Source of the DNA: Promethearchaeota archaeon
Lineage (GTDB): Archaea > Asgardarchaeota > Lokiarchaeia > Sigyniarchaeales > SOKP01
NCBI GenBank assembly: GCA_048941285.1
Contig: JBHLNS010000003.1
Span: forward strand, 83,736 to 147,735
Direction of reading: 5' to 3'
Length of the DNA stretch: 64,000 bases
The translations under genes were made by a program, and so were the position numbers. The notes beneath the pieces are model-generated. The model was given only the letters and a program-made list of their open reading frames with translations, did not search any database and was not told the DNA's origin. The number at the start of each line of letters is the position of its first letter. Position 1 is the stretch's first letter. Shown one piece after another: positions 57,226 to 64,000 of the stretch.

Positions 57226-58590
57226 ATGAACCCTCTAAATGAAATGAATTGGACTATTATAGAGATCTTGTTTTTAATAATTATATTTGTAGTTGGATTC
57301 CTAGTAACCTATTTAATCCTCCCAATTTTAATAAAGTTCATGAAACGAAAAGGATATGTTGGTATTGATATACATAAAAACTCTAAACCCAAAATTGCTG
57401 AATCTGGAGGAATTAGTATGATAATTGGTTTTATTGTTAGCTTTATTTTTTTAATTATTTTTTTTCCTGCATTTTTGAATCAAAGTATAATTTTTCTACT
57501 CACAGTTTTACTAGCTGGAGTGATCGGGTTTATTGATGATAGGATAAAATTGAGATCACGTTATAAAATAATTTTATCAATATTTTCTGGAAGTATTATC
57601 TTTATTGGAATGTATTTTGGTTTTATTAGTATTGATTCACCAACTATTCCATTTATTGACAGAACTAGATTAACAATAATTTATCCATTATTAGTTCCTG
57701 TGATTGTAGCCGTTTTTGCTAATACTGTAAATATGTTGGAAGGTTATAATGGTGAAGGTTCAGGAACTTGTTTGATCGCTGTTTGTTTCTTGTTTTTTTG
57801 TAGTTTGTTGTGGAATTCTGCTGAAGGAGTGATATTTACTGTACCTGTTATTGCTGTGATATTTCCTTTTTTCTTATTTAATAAATACCCCGCTAAAATT
57901 TTCCCAGGGGATGTGGGTACATTAGCTATGGGAGCAATGATTGCGTGTATAACATTATTTGGCTCACTAGAAGTTGCTACGTTTTGTGCTCTTCTTCTTC
58001 ATATATTTAACAGTTTTTATTATATCTATTCTGTGCGGGGCTTTTTTGAGAGTAGTGATATTAGAGAGAGTAAAGACGATATAATTTTACTTGAAGATGA
58101 CAGAATTAAAGCTTCGGATCAAAAAAGTGCAGTGTTAACTTTGCCTAGATTAATTTTAGCAAGAGGGCCTCTAACAGAACCGGAATTAGTAAAGAACTTT
58201 TATGCAATTTCATTAATATGTGGCTTCTTTTCCGTTCTTTCTATCCTGATAATGCAATATACTTTAGGGCACTTCGAAATCTACATCTTTATTATTGCTT
58301 TTTTTGTAATGTTAACTCCAACTGTTTTTATATTATACAAGTTTCCTAGAATAAGAGGAATAATAGTTTTAATGATAATATTACTAATTTCTATTTTATT
58401 ACTCCTTGTTTTTATCAAAGTAGTAATAATGGTACTTCCTATTGAAGATCTTATCATTGGAATAATCCGTATTCCAATCAATATATTAATATCCTTTCTA
58501 TTGATAATCCCTATACTTCTACTTTGGTATATATTAACTATAAAATATTTTTGGTCTGAAATAGATAAAATGAAAAAATTAAACTCTTAA
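57226..58590 (+). CDS. UDP-GlcNAc:dolichyl/polyprenyl-phosphate GlcNAc-1-phosphate transferase (AglH/ALG7/MraY-WecA superfamily).
   Basis: Motifs are GFIDDRIKL (DD motif), ANTVNMLEGYNGEGSG and FPGDVGTLAMGAMIA. It is a polytopic membrane protein with extra C-terminal TM spans. Confidence 0.75.
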   Translation: MNPLNEMNWTIIEILFLIIIFVVGFLVTYLILPILIKFMKRKGYVGIDIHKNSKPKIAESGGISMIIGFIVSFIFLIIFFPAFLNQSIIFLLTVLLAGVIGFIDDRIKLRSRYKIILSIFSGSIIFIGMYFGFISIDSPTIPFIDRTRLTIIYPLLVPVIVAVFANTVNMLEGYNGEGSGTCLIAVCFLFFCSLLWNSAEGVIFTVPVIAVIFPFFLFNKYPAKIFPGDVGTLAMGAMIACITLFGSLEVATFCALLLHIFNSFYYIYSVRGFFESSDIRESKDDIILLEDDRIKASDQKSAVLTLPRLILARGPLTEPELVKNFYAISLICGFFSVLSILIMQYTLGHFEIYIFIIAFFVMLTPTVFILYKFPRIRGIIVLMIILLISILLLLVFIKVVIMVLPIEDLIIGIIRIPINILISFLLIIPILLLWYILTIKYFWSEIDKMKKLNS

Positions 58591-58654
58591 AAAACTAATT
58601 TCTTTATGATTGAGATTTAAATCATATATTTACTAAAAAATCCAGGTATATACT

Positions 58655-61189
58655 TTGAAAAAAAGAATAAGATTTTTTTTAGCAATATCTTACCCATTCT
58701 ATTCAATAATCATTTTTTTACTTGCTAATTTATTTATTTTCAAATTCAATTTTTCAGCACTTCTAATTGATTGGACATTTATAATAACTTTTGTTTTATT
58801 TTTATTAACCGTTGAAGAATTTTATCAATGGGCTAAAAATGGTAAAAGAAGTGAAATGAGTGACATAGTGGCTATTTTTTTCTTCTTTTTTTTAATTTTT
58901 TTCTTTTCAAAAGATTTTCTAACTTCAATAATGGGGGCATTTTCAATTTATTTGTGGATAGGGATTTATGAATTAAAGGACTACCCTGTAATAAATAAAA
59001 TTTTAATTATTTCACTAGTAACATATAATATTATTTTTATTGCAGGATTATTTTCTTATTATTTAAATGATCCAATATACATTAATACCACTTTTGCATT
59101 TTCTTTTTGGATAATTCTTATTTTGGGATTTCTGTTATTTGGAAGGAAATATATTGTTGTTTGGAGATTCTTGAGTCCCGAATATTTAACTTTATTTCTT
59201 TATATTATAGCATGGTTAGCTGTTGTTTTTATAAATCAATATACTCCACTGAAGTTTATAATTAGTCAACCTATTAATTTGGCTGAATTAAATATTCTAG
59301 ATTTCTTTTTAAATGTTTACTTTCTCTTAATCATCGTCAATTGGGGGATTTATTTCATATCTGGTTTTATTTTAGATAAACTTCTCGGAATTCATAGATT
59401 AATGGATGATAGAGTATTAGATATCGTAAATAAAATAAAAAAAGATATTGGAATTAAAGGTAAGGTTAAAGTGGGATTTGGTAAATATCCTATTTTAAAT
59501 GCAATGGCATATGGCTCTGTAATTGATAAAAGAATTGCGATTATAGCAGAGGACATCAATGACATTCCTAAAGATGAATTAAAAGGCATCTTGGCCCATG
59601 AGTTAGCACATACAAAAGGTAAACACACACTCATTTTAACCTTGATTACAACGATTGATTTAATCATTAGAATGCTTTTTGGTATTCCCGCGACTTACTA
59701 TGATTATACGTTTGGAAATCCTCGTATCCCATTAATCCTTTTTATCCTACTGAATATGGGTATATATTTCTTTTTGTTTATATTTGTGAGAATTCTTGAA
59801 GGAAAAGCCGATTTAAAAACCAAGGAAATAGGATATCAAACTGAACTAGTAAAGGCATTATACAATTTAGAAAGTTTTTATGCGACAGGGAGAGAAATTG
59901 GTTTAAATACTATGCTATTATCTCGAGAAAAAATAACAAAAGACAATCAACTTTTAAATTACTTTAATACAGCTAAATATTTGAATCATTCAATGATTAA
60001 ACCTTCACGAGGTTCGCTTATAGCGAATTTTATCAATTCTCATCCCCCAAGTTATTATAGAATTGCTGCCATATTAGATGATAAGTTAAAACCTTATAAA
60101 GAAGCTATTCTCCCTTTTATATGTTTAAGAAAGTCGAAACAAAAAAAATATGCTTTAAAATTTGAGAAAGCTAGAAAAGATTTCAAAATTATAGCTACAG
60201 AAAAATTCAAGGAATATTTTAAAATTAATGATATCCCTCTTTTAATGGAAAAAATTAGAAGAAAAGAAAATTACCGCTATAAGTTTCAAAAAGATTATAT
60301 CTTTAAAAATTTAATTAACGATGAAATTTATCTCGGTAAACTAATTGATATCGATTTTATTAACGATATTACTGATCCTGAAAATTTAATTATTTCAAAT
60401 TTAAAAACTAATCAAAAAATTTTCTTAAATCCCTCGGAATATTCGTATTCTCTGTTTAATATAAATGATCAATACTTATTTCAGAAAAATGAACCATTAA
60501 CCTTAATTAATATTGAATTAAGTAATGAAAATAAAGATGGCTTCTATGTTTTTTCAGATAGAAATAAAAAACAAATTCAAAAATCTATTCACAAAATAAA
60601 ATTACCAACTCCAATTTCATTTATTAAAAGCCTTAAAGGTTATGAAATTTTTTTAAAAACTAAAGGAGTTATAAAAATTTTTAATTGTATAAATGTCATT
60701 CCAACAACTAATTTAAATAATTTTCAAATAGAATTATCAGATATCAAAATTCAAGAAAATACATTGAAATTATTAGTAGATGAATTAATTATTAGACCTA
60801 AACATATTTACTTTTCAATAAGCAAAAGTCAAAGTTTTAGAGAATCTGAAATCAATCTTATGAAATGGTTGGCACATAAAACGCTTCTAGTACATTTATA
60901 TCTGAAAAAGCCCGTAAATAATTTAGAAATTGGATATTTCTATAAAATTATAGACGATTTACCGAAAGTAGAGAATGATTTATCTAAAGATAAAAATAAC
61001 GATAAACTTATAATATTATTTAAAAATATATTCGGAAAGGAAGTCGAAATTCATTATAAAGAAATTGAAATGATAAATTTTGAGTATAACACCGCTCTGA
61101 TTCAACTAAAATCGGAAACAAGCCTATCGAGTCGTTTAGGATTTAAAATTTTGAAGAAATTCAAACCAGAAAGCATCATCATCTCTTAA
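58655..61189 (+). CDS. M48-family (HtpX-like) zinc metalloprotease embedded in a long membrane protein with a ~380-aa C-terminal extension.
   Basis: HELAHTKGKH is the HExxH site, and a downstream E lies in RILEGKAD. About 7 TM spans precede the site and 2 follow it. The start codon is TTG. Confidence 0.6.
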   Translation: MKKRIRFFLAISYPFYSIIIFLLANLFIFKFNFSALLIDWTFIITFVLFLLTVEEFYQWAKNGKRSEMSDIVAIFFFFFLIFFFSKDFLTSIMGAFSIYLWIGIYELKDYPVINKILIISLVTYNIIFIAGLFSYYLNDPIYINTTFAFSFWIILILGFLLFGRKYIVVWRFLSPEYLTLFLYIIAWLAVVFINQYTPLKFIISQPINLAELNILDFFLNVYFLLIIVNWGIYFISGFILDKLLGIHRLMDDRVLDIVNKIKKDIGIKGKVKVGFGKYPILNAMAYGSVIDKRIAIIAEDINDIPKDELKGILAHELAHTKGKHTLILTLITTIDLIIRMLFGIPATYYDYTFGNPRIPLILFILLNMGIYFFLFIFVRILEGKADLKTKEIGYQTELVKALYNLESFYATGREIGLNTMLLSREKITKDNQLLNYFNTAKYLNHSMIKPSRGSLIANFINSHPPSYYRIAAILDDKLKPYKEAILPFICLRKSKQKKYALKFEKARKDFKIIATEKFKEYFKINDIPLLMEKIRRKENYRYKFQKDYIFKNLINDEIYLGKLIDIDFINDITDPENLIISNLKTNQKIFLNPSEYSYSLFNINDQYLFQKNEPLTLINIELSNENKDGFYVFSDRNKKQIQKSIHKIKLPTPISFIKSLKGYEIFLKTKGVIKIFNCINVIPTTNLNNFQIELSDIKIQENTLKLLVDELIIRPKHIYFSISKSQSFRESEINLMKWLAHKTLLVHLYLKKPVNNLEIGYFYKIIDDLPKVENDLSKDKNNDKLIILFKNIFGKEVEIHYKEIEMINFEYNTALIQLKSETSLSSRLGFKILKKFKPESIIIS

Positions 61190-61204
61190 TAAAATTTAAT
61201 AAAA

Positions 61205-62173
61205 ATGAGTCTTTCAAAAAAGTTAATAATGCTAAGTAAAATTAAAAATATTTTTCATCTATTACGTGTCCGTCAATACTATAAGAACGTATTAGTATTT
61301 GCTGGAATTTTTTTTAGTCAAAGACTTTTTGACACAACTCTATATTTTAATTTATTGATTGGATTTATAATTCTCTGTTGCACATCTTCAATTAATTATA
61401 TTGTAAATGATATTATTGATATTAATAAGGATAGAAAGCATCCTGAAAAAATGAGAAAAAAACCTCTTGCTTCTGGAGAACTTTCATTATTTTTTGCAGT
61501 ATTTCTTTTGATCTTATTCGGAGGCATAACTATTTTGCTTTTAGTTTTTATTCTCCCAAATTTGGGGTTTGTTTTTATGATTGTTATGTTAATACTTACG
61601 GGGCAACTATATAATTACCTTCTAAAAAAATATGCTTTTATTGATATTATTATTTTATCTACAGGATATTTGTGGAGAGCATTAGCTGGATGCGCAATAA
61701 TTGAAGAATTTGTCTCTGCTTGGTTGTTTTTAGCCATCTTTGAAGTTGCTCTTTTTCTAAGTATAGCTAAAAGAAGAGGAGATTTAATACTGCTAGGAAA
61801 AGATAAAGCAGTTGAACATAAAACTGTTTATGATCAATATTCTTTGACCTTATTAAATCAATTTCATTTAATAATTGCAGGTTCATTATTCATGACCTAT
61901 TCCCTCTATTTAATTATAAAATTCAATTTATTCGAATCAAGTATAATACCTGGAAGTGCAACTCTTTATGAATATTTTTCAATTTTAACTATCCCAATCT
62001 CACTTTACATAATTATGAGATATATGTATTTAACCTCATCTAAGCCAGAAATAGCACGCAACACAGAAAAAGCTTTCCTAGATAAAGGAATTATAATTGC
62101 AGGGTTTATTTTACTAATTGTTTTATTTATAGCCTTTTATTTTGAATATATTCTCCTAATATTGGGTTTATAA
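61205..62173 (+). CDS. UbiA-superfamily prenyltransferase (decaprenyl-phosphate phosphoribosyltransferase-like subgroup).
   Basis: The motif is NYIVNDIIDINKDRKHPEKMRKKPLASGE (NDxxDxxxD plus RPLASG-like). The protein is polytopic. Confidence 0.7.
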   Translation: MSLSKKLIMLSKIKNIFHLLRVRQYYKNVLVFAGIFFSQRLFDTTLYFNLLIGFIILCCTSSINYIVNDIIDINKDRKHPEKMRKKPLASGELSLFFAVFLLILFGGITILLLVFILPNLGFVFMIVMLILTGQLYNYLLKKYAFIDIIILSTGYLWRALAGCAIIEEFVSAWLFLAIFEVALFLSIAKRRGDLILLGKDKAVEHKTVYDQYSLTLLNQFHLIIAGSLFMTYSLYLIIKFNLFESSIIPGSATLYEYFSILTIPISLYIIMRYMYLTSSKPEIARNTEKAFLDKGIIIAGFILLIVLFIAFYFEYILLILGL

Positions 62174-62493
62174 GTAATTATTCCCATTCGTTTCCCCCAT
62201 TTTTTTAATTATAGGGACATCTTATTATTGGAATTTCATTTATAGAGAATCTATAATACCGAAAATTTCTTAGTTGAGATGGGTAATAAATTCAAATTAT
62301 CAAGTAACTTCTTATAGATTGAAAGTATATGAAATCAAAATCAATAAAACAAACTCCATTAAATCTATTGTAAAATCTAAAAACAATCAAAAAAAAAAGA
62401 TAAAACTTATAAGTATACGAATTTAAAAACATATTTAACAACAAATCTAAAAAAAAATTTAAAAAAAATTTTAGAATTTTTAGTGATCTTAAT

Positions 62494-64000
62494 ATGGAAA
62501 TGGAAAAGAAAAATTTAGCGATAATCATCTTAGCAGTAGTTTTAGCTGCTTCAGGTGTTGGAAACGTTATCATGGCTGCAATGCTTGGTCTTATTAGAGC
62601 ACCTCCTACTTTTGAGGTACTTAAACTAGCTAGAACAGCCAATCCAGTTACTATGGATCCATGCGATACTTGGGATAGCGTTTCAAACGATATACTTGAT
62701 CAGGTAGTTGAGACTCTAATTGCTTACAATTTATCAGATCCTGAATTCCCACTTGTCGGAAGATTAGCTGAATCCTGGAATTGGCCTGATGAGACAACAG
62801 TCGTATTCCACTTGCGACCAAACGTATTATTCCATGATGGTACCGCTCTTACTGGAGAATGTGTTCTCCATACAATAGAGCGAATAAACTTCTTTGGTAA
62901 TGCAACTGGTACCTTAACTGCTCCTCATCATATGGCTTTCCCACACTCTCTTTATAAATTTGCTGGAGCAGGCCCTTATGTAGCACCAATTTTCAATCAT
63001 ACGCTCAGTTCTGTCAATCCATCTGACCCATTAGAAGTAACCGTTAAATTAAATTCACCTTTTGCTCCTGCTGAAGGATTATTAGCCTATACAGCAAGTT
63101 CAATAGTCCATCCTGATTCTACCCCTGTTAATGATATGTTAGAACTCGGTACAGATCTAGCCATTGGAACTGGTCCATTCAAATTAGTTAGTTATGTACC
63201 TAACTCCGAGGTTCGATTTGAACGTTGGGATAGATATTGGGATGATCCCGCTTATTGGGATGAGTTAGTCTATGTTTATTATAGAGATGCTGTCACTGCT
63301 AATAATGCTATGTTAGCTGGAGATATTGACTACTTAGGTCAAGGTATTGCTGCATTAAAAGAATATTTCGAAGCAAGTCCTTATATCACAGTAACTGGAG
63401 ATGGAGTTCATGACTATATCAACGGTTCTATCTATTGGTATATTGCATTTAACTCCCCTTATATAAATGTTACCTGGAGAAAAGCTATTGCCTCAGCCTT
63501 TAACTATACATATTTGAACAGAGAAATCGATGAGGGAACTACAGTGAAAGCTAATTCATTGGTTCCTCCAGGTTTTCCTGCACATAATTATACAGTTAAA
63601 GGTGGTGTATATAACATCCCCTATGCCAGACAAAAAATGCAGAGTATGGGGTATGGAGTAGGATGGGAAGTAGGTAGCCAAGTTGGGGGTGTATTCACTG
63701 GTGGAGCTGATGAGGCTCTTTGGAAGGCTGCTTCATTTGTTCCAGATGTAGGTAATTTTACAAATGGATTTAATTTCCGTCATAGACAAGGAAGTCATTT
63801 CATGGAACTTCTTATCCAACGATTCGAATATGATATGGATTTGATTGGAGTTGAAATTAACATTCAAATCTTGACTTGGGATGAATTCATAGAAATGGGT
63901 GAAAATCATCCTGATAGACTCCATATCTATTACGTCGGATGGGGTCCTGATTACTTTGAAACTTTTAACATGATTGATCCATTAGTAAACCCAGCATCTT
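62494..64000 (+). CDS. ABC transporter substrate-binding protein, family 5 (oligopeptide/dipeptide/nickel type). It is 3' truncated by the window edge.
   Basis: This gene is not in the ORF track because no stop is reached. There is an N-terminal signal anchor (LAIIILAVVLAASG). Motifs include TMDPCDTWDS, GTGPFKLVSYVPNSEVRFERWDRYW, and GWGPDYFETFNMIDPL at the end. Confidence 0.75.
   Translation, partial: MEMEKKNLAIIILAVVLAASGVGNVIMAAMLGLIRAPPTFEVLKLARTANPVTMDPCDTWDSVSNDILDQVVETLIAYNLSDPEFPLVGRLAESWNWPDETTVVFHLRPNVLFHDGTALTGECVLHTIERINFFGNATGTLTAPHHMAFPHSLYKFAGAGPYVAPIFNHTLSSVNPSDPLEVTVKLNSPFAPAEGLLAYTASSIVHPDSTPVNDMLELGTDLAIGTGPFKLVSYVPNSEVRFERWDRYWDDPAYWDELVYVYYRDAVTANNAMLAGDIDYLGQGIAALKEYFEASPYITVTGDGVHDYINGSIYWYIAFNSPYINVTWRKAIASAFNYTYLNREIDEGTTVKANSLVPPGFPAHNYTVKGGVYNIPYARQKMQSMGYGVGWEVGSQVGGVFTGGADEALWKAASFVPDVGNFTNGFNFRHRQGSHFMELLIQRFEYDMDLIGVEINIQILTWDEFIEMGENHPDRLHIYYVGWGPDYFETFNMIDPLVNPAS

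Noticed and set aside
62292-62642. 116-aa minus-strand ORF in the ubiA/SBP spacer.
   Set aside because: Its 5' part is antisense to the signal-anchor region of the well-supported substrate-binding protein gene that starts at 62494. The rest translates poly-A/T spacer into F/L/K-rich nonsense.
1377-63924. Many 60-140-aa ORFs in the track that are nested antisense or out of frame inside long genes. Examples are 1377-1724, 5842-6204, 10997-11266, 15234-15533, 22510-22722, 34766-35080, 35720-36052, 37041-37799, 40617-41036, 43369-43833, 44437-44673, 49845-50042, 55971-56210, 59392-59667 and 63733-63924.
   Set aside because: Each lies fully within a longer ORF that has clear family motifs. None shows motifs of its own. 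Their amino-acid composition (I/F/L/S/K rich) is what is expected from shadow frames in AT-rich DNA.
1-64000. Scan for CRISPR arrays, IS/transposase genes, integrases, rRNA genes, toxin-antitoxin pairs and classical defence genes.
   Set aside because: I saw no regularly spaced direct repeats. No transposase, integrase or recombinase motifs were found. No rRNA-like conserved segments appeared, and no nuclease/methylase pairs. The window appears to be core chromosome rather than a mobile or defence island.

Overview
This is a strongly AT-rich, densely coding archaeal chromosome segment with about 47 genes, short spacers and several overlapping or coupled starts. I found no rRNA, CRISPR array or obvious mobile element. 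Core archaeal genes are present: Topo VI B and A, MCM, a Psf2-like GINS subunit, EndoQ, Sec61beta, type-2 MetAP, and a tRNA-Gln that needs two introns removed. They sit beside eukaryote-signature-type proteins: a Rab/Ras-like small GTPase, a Roadblock/LC7 protein, a V4R/Bet3-like pair, a ribophorin I (OST1)-like protein and a Trm112-like protein with a large insert. From this mix and the base composition I infer an Asgard (Lokiarchaeia-like) origin. That is an inference, not a database result. The most notable items are listed here. (1) A 12.3 kb seven-gene MoxR / DUF58 / transglutaminase-like / DUF4350-like / DUF4129-like envelope cluster, built around a 1492-aa repeat protein whose transglutaminase Cys and His are replaced. 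(2) An N-glycosylation/translocon neighbourhood in which Sec61beta is divergent from the ribophorin I-like gene, with a GlcNAc-1-P transferase and glycosyltransferases nearby. (3) A 1116-aa Topo VI B with large insertions and a DNA-binding-like tail. (4) A five-gene operon joining lipoylation genes to an FbiB-type CofE-nitroreductase fusion and CofD. (5) Bacterial-type LeuRS and TIM. (6) A vWA + SWIM gene pair at the left edge that is probably the end of a larger MoxR-type cluster. All functional calls rest on motifs read by eye from the translations, and none has been checked by a search.
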